The notes beneath the pieces are model-generated. The model did no database searches, was not told where the DNA came from, and saw only the letters and a program-made list of their open reading frames with translations. This document shows, piece by piece, positions 47,418 through 60,927 of a DNA stretch of 64,000 nt. The stretch is from Trueperaceae bacterium. Lineage in GTDB: Bacteria > Deinococcota > Deinococci > Deinococcales > Trueperaceae. Each line of letters starts with the position of its first letter. The stretch's first letter is position 1. Location: NCBI GenBank assembly GCA_034521815.1, contig JAXHLW010000013.1, positions 1,056,001 through 1,120,000 on the forward strand, in the 5' to 3' direction. A program made the translations under genes and the position numbers.

Positions 47418-49543
47418 TCAGGCCTCGCCGCCGAGCTCCTCGAGCGCACCCAGCTCGCGCAACACGTCGCGCGTCTCGCGGAGAAGCGCCAATCGGTTCG
47501 CGCGGACGGCCGGATCGTCGACCATGACCAGGACGTCGTCCAAGAAGCGGTCCAACGGGTCTTTGAGCGCCAAGACCCGGCGCAGCCCCTCGCCCGGCTT
47601 CGGCGGCGCGGCGGGCCCCGAGCCCAGCTCCCAAGCCGGAAGCTGGTCGTGCGCCGACTGCAGGAGCGCCTCGACCCCCTCGCGCGCCGCCGGCAGCGCC
47701 GCGTGCAGCGGAGCCTCCTGCGGCGCCTCGAACCGGTCCGGATCGGGCGCCACCCCTTCGGGCGCCTTCTCGGCCAGGTTGGCGGCGCGCTTGTACAGCG
47801 TCAGCAGCTCGGGGAACGCGTCGCCGGCCGCCAGCGCCCGCAGCAGGTGCGCACGGCGTGCAGCGGACGCCACCGACGGCTCTCCGGCGGTCGCGGCACG
47901 GACCGTCTTCACGCCGATGCCCTCCTCGGCCAGCAGCGACGCGACGCGGTCCCAGACGAACCTCGTCGTGGCGTCCAACACGCCTGCATCGATCGCGACC
48001 GGTCCGCCCTCGTAGCCGCTGGCGGCGGTCGCCAGCACCTCGCGGAGGGGAAGGCTCCAATCGTGCGCGGCCGCGATGCGGGCCAGCGCGCCGGCGTCAC
48101 GCCGCAGCCCGTACGGATCGGCGGAACCGCTCGGACGCTTGCCCAGCGCGAAGAAGCCGAGCAGCTTGTCCGCACGGTCGCACGCCGCCAGGATCGCACC
48201 GGCCTCGGCCGCCGGAAGCGGACCGCCGGGCGCCACGGGACGCACGCCGTCCTCCAGCGCCCGGGCCACGGGACGCGGCACGCCCTCGGCTTCGGCGTAG
48301 GCCCGAGCCATGACGCCTTCGAGCTCGGGCAGCTCGACCACCATCTCGGTAGCCAGGTCGGCACGGAAGATCGGCAGAGCGTGCTCCAGGATCTCGCGCG
48401 ACTCTTCGCTCGCGCCCAGCGCACCCGCGAGTCGCGGCGCCGCCTCGCGGACCCGGGTCACCTTGTCGGCCATCGACCCCAGGTCCTTCTGGAACGCGAT
48501 GCCGGACAGTCCCCAAGCGTGCTGCGCCAACGTCTTGCCGCGATCGGCGTCCCAGAAGAAGCGTGCGTCGTACAGCCGCCCGTCCAGGACCGCCTCGTAG
48601 CCGGATCGGACCGTCGAGGGATCGTCCACCGCCGTGTTGCTCACCCCGATGAAGCGGTCGGCGATCGCGCCGCCTGGTCCCCTGAGCGGAACGAAGCGTT
48701 GGTGGTGAATCATGACCGTGGCCAGCACCTCGTCGGGCAACGCCAAGTACCGCGCGTCGAAACGGCCCACGATCGCCGTCGGCCACTCGACCAGGTCCAC
48801 GATCTCGTCGAGCAGCGCCTCGTCCCACACCGGACCGAGACCCTCGGTCTCCGCCGCTTCGGTGATCGCGCGCACGGTGGCTTCGCGACGCTCGACCGGA
48901 TCGACCAGCACGAAGGCGTCACGGAGCTGTGCGACGTAGCCGTCGATGTCGCGCACCTCGATCTCGCCGGGCGCCATGAACCTGTGGCCGCGGGTCGTCC
49001 CGCCGGCGTCGACGCCCGCCACCGAGACGGGCACGTCCAGGTCGCCGAAGCGCGCCAGGAGCCAGGCCACCGGCCGCACGAACGGGACCTCGACGTCGCC
49101 CCAGCGCATCTTGCGGGGAGCTGGAAGATCGCGAACCAGGCCCGCGAGCAGGTCGGGCAGGAGCTCGCTCGTGGGCTCGCCGCCGGTCTCGATGTCGGCG
49201 AAGACGTACGCTCCACGGTCGGTCTCGTCCACCACGAGCGCGCCTGGCGACACGCCCTGGCCCCGGGCGAACCCGATCGCCGCCTTCGTCGGCGCCCCCG
49301 AGGCGTCGAACGCGACGCCCGTGCTGGGGCCGCGGCGCCGCTCGCGGCGACGCTCGCGGGTCTCGGCGACCTCGTCGACGCGCAGCGTGAGCCGCCGCGG
49401 GGTCGCGAACGCGCTCACCTCGCCGTGCTCCAGGCGCGCCTCGCGCAGCCGCTCGCCGGCCAGCGCGATCAGGGCCCGACGTCCTTGCGCGACGTACCAG
49501 GAGGGCAGCTCCTCGGTCCCGATCTCGAACAGCAGCGTCGCCA

Positions 49544-49544
<1 letters not shown>
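47418..49544 (-). CDS. glyS: Glycine--tRNA ligase beta subunit
   Basis: LLFEIGTEELP, TPRRL, MRWG, FVRPV, HQR, E.PELEG.M, DPYGLRR, NRLALL. Confidence 0.96.
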
Positions 49545-50407
<863 letters not shown>

Positions 50408-50500
50408 GAGGACTCCCGAAGGTGAGCAGGTCGGCGGGCGCTGGCGGCCGCCTGGCGGGGGAACGTAATGAACGCCCTACCTGGCCCGCGCACGAGCGCG

Positions 50501-50510
50501 TACTATAGCA
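50501..50510. promoter_or_regulatory. Overlapping divergent -10 elements between glyQ and clpC
   Basis: Plus-strand TACTAT (50501-50506); minus-strand TGcTATAGT (50510-50502). Confidence 0.55.
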
Positions 50511-50512
50511 CC

Positions 50513-50595
50513 ATGACTCGGCCGGCCGCGACGCGCCTCTTCCCCTTCGACGGGTGGATCACGCCCGTGCGTACGCCTGTGCCGGGAGGCCGTCC

Positions 50596-50599
<4 letters not shown>
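50513..50599 (+). CDS. Candidate leaderless 28-aa uORF coupled to clpC
   Basis: TACTAT-N6-ATG; MTRPAATRLFPFDGWITPVRTPVPGGRP*; its TGA overlaps the clpC GTG. Confidence 0.4.
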
Positions 50600-52806
<2,207 letters not shown>

Positions 52807-52924
52807 CGGCCGACGTTCACGGCGGGGCAGCGCGGATCTTCGCCCCGCGCGCCTGGACGGCACGACCCACCTCGGCCCCGGTCGCGGTCGGCTACCATGG
52901 CCCCATGCGGGACGAGGGCCGGGC

Positions 52925-54289
52925 TTGCCGAGGACAGTGACCACCTACGTGTGCGAATCGTGCGGGGCGAAATCACCGGCCCCGCTCGGGCGGTGTCCGT
53001 CGTGCGGAGCGTGGTCGTCGATGGTCGCCGAGACGCCGCCGGCCCAGGCGCCGGGCAGCATCGGCGCACGACGCACGGCTCGCACCGTGACGACGGCGCC
53101 CCTCGAGTCGGTCGAGGACCTCGCGCTCCGTCGCGCCTCCAGTGGAGACGCCGAAGTCGACCGCGTGCTGGGCGGAGGCTGGGTGCCCGGCGCGGCGCTG
53201 CTGCTCGCGGGCGAGCCCGGCATCGGCAAATCCACGCTGCTTCTTCAGCTGGCCCGACACGCCGTCGACGCGGGCAGGTCGGTGCTGTACGTGGCCGGTG
53301 AGGAGTCGCTGGCACAGATCAAGCTCCGGGCGGAGCGCCTGGGGCTGGCCGGCGGACTCCAGGCCACCCGCGACGTCGACGCCCGCGCGTTGGCCGACCA
53401 CTTCGTTCGTACCTCGCCCGACCTGGTGGTGGTCGACAGCATTCAGACGCTTCGCGCCGACGACGATGGGATTCCGGGCAGTCTCACGCAGGTCCGCGAC
53501 GGGACCGCCCTCCTCGCCCACGCCGCCAAGGAATCGGACGCCACGCTCATGCTCATCGGCCACGTCACCAAGCAGGGCACGATCGCCGGCCCGAAGGTCG
53601 TCGAGCACATGGTCGACGCGACGTTCGCGCTCGAGTCGGCGGCCGGCTACCGCGTGCTGCGTGCGCTGAAGAATCGCTTCGGGCCCGCCGGCGAGGTCGG
53701 CGTGTTCGAGATGGGCGAAGCCGGGATGGTCGCCGTCGCGAACCCGTCGGCCGCCTTCCTGGCCGAACGGCCCGCTGGCGTCCCGGGCAGCGTGGTCGTG
53801 GCCGCGCTCGAAGGCCAGCGCCCCCTGCTGCTCGAAGTCCAGGCCCTCGCCTCGAAGAGCCCGTACGCCAGCCCCAAGCGTGTCGTGCAAGGACTCGACG
53901 GTCGCCGCGTGGACGTCGTGCTGGCCGTCCTGGAGCGCCGCATGGATCTCCCGCTGGCCGGCTTGGACGTGTTCGTGAACGTGGCCGGCGGCCTGCGCCT
54001 CACCGATCCGGGCGCCGACCTCGCGGTGGCGCTGGCCGTCTGGTCGGCCGTGACGAACCGGCCGTTGCCCGAGGATGCCGCCGTGGTGGGCGAAGTCGGC
54101 TTGGCCGGCGAGATCCGCGGCGTGAGTCAGCTGGCCCGCCGCGTGGCCGAGGCCGAGCGCGTCGGGTTCTCGACGATCATCGGGCCCCGCCACCCCGACC
54201 TTCCCGGCGGCGGCTGTCGCGACCTGTCGGAGGCGATCGCCCGCGTTCGCGCCCCGGCAGCGCCAGCGCCACGAGCAGCGTCACGATGA
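52925..54289 (+). CDS. radA: DNA repair protein RadA/Sms
   Basis: C4 zinc finger, GEPGIGKSTL, GEES, DSIQT, GHVTK, KNRFG, Lon-like C-terminus. Confidence 0.96.
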   Translation: MPRTVTTYVCESCGAKSPAPLGRCPSCGAWSSMVAETPPAQAPGSIGARRTARTVTTAPLESVEDLALRRASSGDAEVDRVLGGGWVPGAALLLAGEPGIGKSTLLLQLARHAVDAGRSVLYVAGEESLAQIKLRAERLGLAGGLQATRDVDARALADHFVRTSPDLVVVDSIQTLRADDDGIPGSLTQVRDGTALLAHAAKESDATLMLIGHVTKQGTIAGPKVVEHMVDATFALESAAGYRVLRALKNRFGPAGEVGVFEMGEAGMVAVANPSAAFLAERPAGVPGSVVVAALEGQRPLLLEVQALASKSPYASPKRVVQGLDGRRVDVVLAVLERRMDLPLAGLDVFVNVAGGLRLTDPGADLAVALAVWSAVTNRPLPEDAAVVGEVGLAGEIRGVSQLARRVAEAERVGFSTIIGPRHPDLPGGGCRDLSEAIARVRAPAAPAPRAASR

Positions 54290-55362
54290 GTCGCGACGCA
54301 TCGCGCGGCGGTCCCGTCGCCCTGCTCGTTCGCGCGGCCTTGTCGGCCGGTCTGGGTGCCGTCGGAGCGATCATCGCCGCGCGCCTGCTGGCACGGGGCG
54401 TCCTGACCGGGCCGAACAACGTGCTCTACCTGGCGCTCTTGGGCCTGTTGCTCGGATGGCTGATCGGCGCCCGACCTGCGCGATGGATCGACGTCCGCAT
54501 CGCGCGCATCGCCCAGCGACTCGGATCCGCGCCACCGGAGGCCGTGCTGGCCGCGCTCACCGGCGCGACGGTCGCGCTGATCCTCACCGTGCTCCTGAAC
54601 AACGTCCTCGCGAACGTGCCCGGGTTCACCTGGTTCTGGTCGCTGCTGATCGCGGGGCTGCTGATGGTCTCCACCACAGCCTTCTTCGTCGCGAATCGTC
54701 GCGTGCTGCCGTTCACGACCGATCCAGAGGACGGGCCGGACGAGCCGGGCGGTCGACCCAAGCTGCTCGATACCAGCGCGATCATCGACGGTCGCCTGGT
54801 GGAGGTGGCCAAGGCGAACTTCCTCGAAGGGCGCCTGCTGGTGCCCGACTTCGTCCTGGGCGAGCTGCAACGCATCGCCGACGATGCCGACGCCTTGCGG
54901 CGCAAGCGCGGGCGGCGCGGCCTCGAGACCCTCGAGCGCCTCGCCGAGCAGCCCAGCGTCGAGACCGAGATCGTTCATATCGCCGTGCCCGAGGCGCGCG
55001 AGATCGACGACAAGCTCGTCGTGCTGGCCAGGCGCCGCGGAGCCGATCTCGTCACGACCGACTTCAACCTCCATCAGGTCGCGAAGCTTCAGGGCGTCCG
55101 GGTCCTGAACCTCAACCAATTGGCCAGCGCCATGAAGGCCACCTACCTGCCCGGCGAGACGCTGTCGCTGACGATCGTCCGTCCGGGCCGCGAGGCGGGA
55201 CAGGGTCTCGCCTACCTGGACGACGGCACGATGGTGGTGATCGAGGACGCGGCCGACCTCGTGGGCGAGAACGTCGAGGCGGTCGTGACCAGCAGCTTGC
55301 AGACGAACGTGGGACGGATGATCTTCGCTCGGCTGGACGAAGAGGCCGAGCCGAGCGCTTGA
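54286..55362 (+). CDS. Membrane PIN/TRAM-domain protein (YacL-like)
   Basis: Four TM helices; LDTSAIIDGR; RGRRGL; TTDFNL; GQGLAYLDDGTMVV; GRMIFA. Confidence 0.93.
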   Translation: MSRDASRGGPVALLVRAALSAGLGAVGAIIAARLLARGVLTGPNNVLYLALLGLLLGWLIGARPARWIDVRIARIAQRLGSAPPEAVLAALTGATVALILTVLLNNVLANVPGFTWFWSLLIAGLLMVSTTAFFVANRRVLPFTTDPEDGPDEPGGRPKLLDTSAIIDGRLVEVAKANFLEGRLLVPDFVLGELQRIADDADALRRKRGRRGLETLERLAEQPSVETEIVHIAVPEAREIDDKLVVLARRRGADLVTTDFNLHQVAKLQGVRVLNLNQLASAMKATYLPGETLSLTIVRPGREAGQGLAYLDDGTMVVIEDAADLVGENVEAVVTSSLQTNVGRMIFARLDEEAEPSA

Positions 55363-55387
55363 CCGACGTGCACCATGCGCGTATCCT
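55359..55387 (+). promoter_or_regulatory. Sigma70 promoter of tRNA-Ala
   Basis: TTGACC-N17-TATCCT; the -35 overlaps the stop codon of the PIN/TRAM gene. Confidence 0.8.
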
Positions 55388-55429
55388 GCCGGTTGCCTCG
55401 CGCGACGAAGGCTAGCGCGACGGCGCCGC

Positions 55430-55505
55430 GGGGCCTTAGCTCAGCTGGGAGAGCATCCGCTTTGCAAGCGGAAGGTCGTCGGTTCGAATCCGACAGGCTC
55501 CACCA
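55430..55505 (+). tRNA. tRNA-Ala(UGC)
   Basis: GGGGCCT/AGGCTCC acceptor with G3:U70; anticodon arm tccgc-ttTGCaa-gcgga; TTCGAAT; CCA; 76 nt. Confidence 0.97.
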
Positions 55506-55513
55506 TGACGATA

Positions 55514-55549
55514 CGTGAAGCGCGGTCCGTTCGGCGACCGCGCTTCACG
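55514..55549 (+). terminator. Hairpin downstream of tRNA-Ala
   Basis: 14-bp perfect stem cgtgaagcgcggtc / gaccgcgcttcacg; no U tract. Confidence 0.6.
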
Positions 55550-55852
55550 CGTGTCACGCCGTCCTCGCCGCGGCCGCCGGGCGCACCGTTCAGAGCGCGC
55601 CGACGCCCGGGTCGGGACAAACGTCCCGCCGATGACCGCAAAACGCCTGTGGTACATTCGTCCCGTTCTGCGTCGCGACGTCGTCGTCGTCAGTTTCACC
55701 CTCCACGAGGGTTCGTCCAACCCGCGAGGATCGTCCATCCCACCAGGGGCCACCAGGAGGTCAGCACTCTTGCAAGCCAGGCGTCCACCGTTCCGTTCCC
55801 GTAGATCGGCCACGCCCCAGCGCGTGCCGTCCCGCACCGAGGTCCAGATCTG

Positions 55853-56506
55853 ATGCCGCAGTCCTTTCCCCCGAATGCCAACGCGTTCGCGAAGTGGCTC
55901 GTCGTCGGTGGAGGCGCGTTCGTCCTCCTGCTGATGATCGTGCTGGCGTTCTACGCCCGTACCGTGAACAACGACGTCGGCGTCCCTGTCGAGCAGCCCG
56001 TCGCGTTCCAGCACAACCTTCACGCCGGCCAGCTCGGGCTGGACTGTCGCTACTGCCACACCTCGGTCGAGGTGGCGGCCAGCGCCAACATCCCCGGCAC
56101 CGAGACCTGCATGACCTGCCACTCGCAGATCCGTGTCGGCGCTCCCGCGCTCGAGGCCGTGCAAGCTTCGTGGGACGCCCAGAACCCGATCGAGTGGAAC
56201 CGCGTCCACGATCTCGCCGATTTCGTCTATTTCAACCATAGCGCCCACGTGAACAACGGCGTCGGCTGCAGCAGCTGCCACGGCGCCGTCGACGAGATGG
56301 GCGGCATCTGGAAGAACGAGCCGCTCACGATGGGCTGGTGCCTCGAGTGTCACCGTGCTCCCGAGGAGAATCTCCGACCCCGCAGCGAGGTGTTCAATAT
56401 GGACTACGTGGCCCCCGCCGATCAGCTGGCCCTCGGAACGGAGCTCGTGGAGGCGTACCACGTGGACACGGGCAGGCTCATGGACTGCTCCCTGTGCCAC
56501 CGATGA
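55853..56506 (+). CDS. actA: Alternative complex III pentaheme cytochrome c subunit
   Basis: One TM helix and five CxxCH motifs (CRYCH, CMTCH, CSSCH, CLECH, CSLCH); EQPVAFQH..HAG; LTMGWC. Confidence 0.93.
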   Translation: MPQSFPPNANAFAKWLVVGGGAFVLLLMIVLAFYARTVNNDVGVPVEQPVAFQHNLHAGQLGLDCRYCHTSVEVAASANIPGTETCMTCHSQIRVGAPALEAVQASWDAQNPIEWNRVHDLADFVYFNHSAHVNNGVGCSSCHGAVDEMGGIWKNEPLTMGWCLECHRAPEENLRPRSEVFNMDYVAPADQLALGTELVEAYHVDTGRLMDCSLCHR

Positions 56507-59490
56507 GCGACGCCGTGCGATCCACCCCGACGATCGACGAGATTCGTCAGCGGCTCCAGTCCAGCAAGGGCAAGGAGTACTGGCAGGGCCTCGACGAGCT
56601 GGCGGACACCGACGAGTTCCGAGCGTTCCTGGCGGAAGAGTTCCCTCGCCAGGCCGCTCCGCTCGAGGCGTCCTTGCGTCGCCGCGACTTCCTGAAGCTC
56701 CTCGGCGCCTCGCTGGCGCTGGCCGGGCTGTCCGCCTGCGCGCGGCCGACCCTTCCGAACGAGACGATCGTCCCGTACGTCCAGGCGCCCGAGGAGCTCG
56801 TGCCCGGACGACCGCTGTTCTACGCCACGGCGATCACGGCTGGCGGCTACGCCGAAGGGCTGCTGGCCGAGAGCCACCAGGGCCGACCGACGAAGGTCGA
56901 GGGAAATCCCGACCACCCGTCCAGCCTGGGCGCGACCTCGGCCACCGCGCAGGCGACCGTCCTGACGCTGTACGACCCCGACCGCTCGCAGGCGATCACC
57001 GAGAACGGTGCGACCCGCGGCTGGGGCGATCTCGCCTCCGCCCTCGCGGACCTCGGGGACGGCGAAGGCCTCGCCCTGCTGACGGAGACGGTCACCTCGC
57101 CGACCCTGGCGCGGCAGATCCGCGAGCTCCAGGAGCGCTACCCCGCGATGCGCTGGCACCAGTACGATCCGCTCCATGCGGACGGCGCGGTCCTCGGAGC
57201 GCGGGCCGCGTTCGGGCGCGACGTCACCGTCGTTCCCGACTTCGGCGCCGCGGACGTGGTGTTCTCGCTGGACGCCGACTTCACGAACGCCGGCCCGGGC
57301 CGCCTGGCGCACGCTCGCGCCTTCGCGCGCAAGCGCCGCGTCCGCACGGCCGAGGACACCATGGGCCGCCTCTGGATGGCGGAGTCCACGCCCACGCCCA
57401 CCGGCACGCTGGCCGATCACCGCATCCCGGCGACGCCGACCGAGATCGCGGCGCTGGCCGCCGTCGTCGCCCGCCGCCTGGGCGTGGACGGCCCGTCCGC
57501 CGAGCTCCCGGCGGGCGTGGACGAGGCCTGGGTCGACGCGCTGGTCGGCGACCTCGAAGCCAGTCGCGGCCGCGCTCTGGTGGTGGCGGGCCAGCACCAG
57601 CCCGCTTCCGTGCACGCCCTGAGCCACGCCATGAACGCGGCGCTGGACGCTTACGGCACCACCGTCACCGTGCACGAGCCGGTCGAGGCGCGTCCCGTCG
57701 ACCAGCGCGCCTCGCTGCGCGAGCTGGTGGACGCGATGAACGCGGGCGAGGTCTCCACGCTGGTGATCGTTGGCGGCAACCCCGTGCACACCGCTCCCGC
57801 CGACGTCGACTTCGCAGCGGCGCTCGAGCGCGTGGACACCAGCGTTCACCTCGGCCTCTACCGCGACGAGACGGCGCAGCGCACCACGTGGCACGTCCCC
57901 GGCGCCCACCACCTCGAGTCGTGGAGCGACGCGCGAGCCCACGACGGCACCGCGACCGTGATGCAGCCGATCATCCAGCCGTTCTACGGCGGACGTTCGG
58001 CGCACGAGCTGCTCGCCCTGCTTTCGGGCGACGCCGAGTCCAGCTCGCACGACCTCGTTCGCGAGACGTGGCGCCAGCGGGTCGAGGGCGACTTCGACGC
58101 GTTCTGGCAGCGCGCGCTCTACCTCGGCGTCATCGAGGGCACCTCCTCCCCGGTCGTGGACGTGGAGGTCTCCCTCGGCGACGTGACGATTCCAACCCCG
58201 CTGAACGAGCTGGTGCTGCTGCTCAGGCCCGACCCGAGCATCGGCGATGGCCGCTGGGCGAACAACGGCTGGCTGCAGGAGCTGCCCAAGCCGTTCACGA
58301 AGCTGACCTGGGAGAACGCCGCGCTGCTCAGCGCCCGAACCGCCGAAGCCCTGAATGTGCGCAACGAGGACCTGCTGGAGCTCACCGTCGAAGGTCGCTC
58401 GGTGACCGCGCCGGTCTGGATCCTCCCCGGCCAGGCGGACGACGTCGTCCTGCTGCACCTCGGCTTCGGTCGCGAAGCGGCCGGACGGGTCGGCGACGGA
58501 CTCGGCGTGAACGCCTACCCGCTGATGCGAGGCGAGGTGGGGTTCGCGCCCCCGGTCCAGGCGCGCAAGGTGCGTGGCCGGCACCGCCTGGCCTCGACCC
58601 AGCTGCACACGGTGCTCGACGGCACGGCGGAGCGTCGGCACATCGTGCGGCACGGCACGCTGAACGAGCTGAAGGCCGAGCCCGAGCACCCGCACTTCGT
58701 CCACCCCGTCGAGCACCACGACGCCGACCTGTACCCCGACTACGTGTACGAGTCGTACGCCTGGGGGATGGTCGTCGACATGTCGGTCTGCACCGGCTGC
58801 AACGCCTGCGTCACCGCCTGCCAGTCGGAGAACAACGTTCCGATCGTCGGCAAGGACCAGGTGCTGGTGGGCCGCGAGATGCACTGGATCCGCGTCGACG
58901 CCTACTACGGGGGCCGCATCGACGACCCCACGTACTACCAGATGCCGATGGCGTGCCAGCACTGCGAGAAGGCGCCGTGCGAGCCGGTCTGTCCGGTGGG
59001 CGCCACGGTGCACGACAGCGAGGGCCTGAACGTGATGGTCTACAACCGCTGCGTCGGCACGCGCTACTGCTCGAACAACTGCCCGTACAAGGTGCGGCGC
59101 TTCAACTTCCTGCAGTACGCCGAGCTCGACGGCGACGCCACCGAGCTGAGCCTGGCGAACAACCCCGACGTCACCGTCCGCAGCCGCGGCGTGATGGAGA
59201 AGTGCACCTACTGCACCCAACGGATCGCCCGCGCCCGCATCGACGCGAACAACGAGGACCGCCGCATCCGCGACGGCGAGGTCGTCACCGCCTGCCAGGC
59301 GGCCTGCCCGACCGAAGCCATCGTGTTCGGTGACACGAACGATCCGGACAGCCGCGTGACCGCCACGAAGGCGTCGGTCCTGAACTACGCGGTGCTCGAG
59401 GAGCTCAACACGGTGCCGCGCACCACCTACCTGGCCCACGTCCGCAATCCGCACCCGGCCCTCGCCGGGGACGAGCCTGGAGGTCAGTGA
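56503..59490 (+). CDS. actB: Alternative complex III molybdopterin-oxidoreductase-like / Fe-S subunit
   Basis: YWQGLDEL, TAT motif RRRDFLK plus LSAC, GRPTKVEGNP.HP, C-terminal Fe-S motifs CTGCNAC, CQHCEKAPC, CVGTRYCSNNCP. Confidence 0.94.
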   Translation: MSDAVRSTPTIDEIRQRLQSSKGKEYWQGLDELADTDEFRAFLAEEFPRQAAPLEASLRRRDFLKLLGASLALAGLSACARPTLPNETIVPYVQAPEELVPGRPLFYATAITAGGYAEGLLAESHQGRPTKVEGNPDHPSSLGATSATAQATVLTLYDPDRSQAITENGATRGWGDLASALADLGDGEGLALLTETVTSPTLARQIRELQERYPAMRWHQYDPLHADGAVLGARAAFGRDVTVVPDFGAADVVFSLDADFTNAGPGRLAHARAFARKRRVRTAEDTMGRLWMAESTPTPTGTLADHRIPATPTEIAALAAVVARRLGVDGPSAELPAGVDEAWVDALVGDLEASRGRALVVAGQHQPASVHALSHAMNAALDAYGTTVTVHEPVEARPVDQRASLRELVDAMNAGEVSTLVIVGGNPVHTAPADVDFAAALERVDTSVHLGLYRDETAQRTTWHVPGAHHLESWSDARAHDGTATVMQPIIQPFYGGRSAHELLALLSGDAESSSHDLVRETWRQRVEGDFDAFWQRALYLGVIEGTSSPVVDVEVSLGDVTIPTPLNELVLLLRPDPSIGDGRWANNGWLQELPKPFTKLTWENAALLSARTAEALNVRNEDLLELTVEGRSVTAPVWILPGQADDVVLLHLGFGREAAGRVGDGLGVNAYPLMRGEVGFAPPVQARKVRGRHRLASTQLHTVLDGTAERRHIVRHGTLNELKAEPEHPHFVHPVEHHDADLYPDYVYESYAWGMVVDMSVCTGCNACVTACQSENNVPIVGKDQVLVGREMHWIRVDAYYGGRIDDPTYYQMPMACQHCEKAPCEPVCPVGATVHDSEGLNVMVYNRCVGTRYCSNNCPYKVRRFNFLQYAELDGDATELSLANNPDVTVRSRGVMEKCTYCTQRIARARIDANNEDRRIRDGEVVTACQAACPTEAIVFGDTNDPDSRVTATKASVLNYAVLEELNTVPRTTYLAHVRNPHPALAGDEPGGQ

Positions 59491-60927
59491 TGGCCGTGCG
59501 AACGGGACGCCCCGGCTCCGATCGAGACGAACCGCGTCATCGGCCCCGGCCAGACGTCGGGCTCCATCGACGACACCGTCAACGCGCCGGTCCTCGTCGG
59601 CCTGGGACGCACGCCGCTGTGGTGGTGGATCGGCCTGGGCATCTCGCTGGGCCTGCTGGCCCTCTACCTGGTGTCGATCGTGGTGCTCATCACCACCGGC
59701 ACGGGCGTGTGGGGCAACAACGTTCCCGTCGCCTGGGGCATGCCGATCATCAACTTCGTGTGGTGGATCGGGATCGGGCACGCAGGAACGCTGATCTCGG
59801 CCGCGCTGCTGCTGTTCCGCCAGCCGTGGCGCACCTCGATCAACCGCTTCGCGGAGGCGATGACGATCTTCGCCGTCGTGAACGCGGGGCTGTATCCGAT
59901 CCTTCACCTGGGCCGGCCGTGGGTCTTCTACTGGCTCCTGCCGTACCCGAACACCTACGGTCTGTTCCCGCAGTTCCGCAGCCCGCTCGACTGGGACCTG
60001 TTCGCGATCGGCACCTACGCCAGCGTGTCGGTGCTGTTCTGGTTCATCGGCCTGATCCCCGACCTGGCGACCCTGCGCGACCAGAGCCAGAACCGGTTCC
60101 AGCGACTGCTGTACGCCACGCTGGCGCTGGGCTGGAACGGCTCGGCCAAGGCGTGGCAGCGCTACCAGCGCGCCTACCTGCTGCTGGCCGCGCTGTCGTT
60201 CCCGCTGGTGCTGTCGGTGCACTCGACGATCGCCATGGACTTCGCGGTCAGTCAGCTGCCCGGCTGGAACAACACGATCATGCCGCCCTACTTCGTCGCG
60301 GGCGCGGTGTTCGCCGGCTTCGCGATGGTGCTGCTGCTGGCCATCCCGCTCCGCAAGGCGTTCGGGCTCGAGAAGCTCATCACCATGCGTCACCTGGACA
60401 ACTCCGCGAAGCTGATGCTGGCCACCGGCCTGATCGTCATCTACGGCTACGGCGTGGAGCTCTTCGACGCCTGGTACTCCGGCGTCGAGTTCGAGCGGTT
60501 CATGGCGTACAACCGCGTCTTCGGAGCGGATCATTGGTGGGCGTTCTGGATGCTGATCGCGGCGAACGGGGTGGCGATCCAGCCGCTCTGGTTCAGGAGC
60601 GTCCGGCAGAGTCCCCTCGCCCTGTTCCTCATCTCGATCATCGTGTCGATCGGGATGTGGCTCGAGCGGTTCGTGATCGTCGCGATCACGCTGACCAAGG
60701 ACTTCCTGCCCTCGAGCTGGGGCGACTACGTGACCACGTTCTGGGATTGGTCGCTCTACATCGGCACGTTCGGACTGTTCGGCACGCTGTTCCTGCTGTT
60801 CATCCGGCTGCTGCCGTCGATCGCTACGGCCGAGATGAAGGAGCTGGCGCACCACGACCAGCATCACGACCTGGATCCGTACGAGGAGATCCGGACACGA
60901 CAGCTGGACCAGGAGGCACGCTCGTGA
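59490..60927 (+). CDS. actC: Alternative complex III NrfD-like quinol-binding subunit; 1-nt frameshift near the start
   Basis: INFVWWIGIGHAGTLISA, WRTSINRFAEAMT, HLGRPW, SVHS, GMWLERF. The first TM helix lies upstream of the first in-frame start (59671), and ATG 59490 is one base out of frame. Confidence 0.9.

Noticed and set aside
47281-47420. tRNA-Leu (and tRNA-Ala at 55430) as integration sites of a genomic island
   Set aside because: No integrase, no duplicated tRNA 3' end seen, no composition shift; flanked by housekeeping genes.
50408-50500. T-box riboswitch upstream of glyQ
   Set aside because: Leader is only about 90 nt and I find no T-box consensus (GGTGGNACC) or terminator.
59488-59490. 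Selenocysteine at the in-frame TGA between actB and actC
   Set aside because: The TGA is at the normal ActB C-terminus, not at a conserved Cys position, and no convincing SECIS-like hairpin follows.
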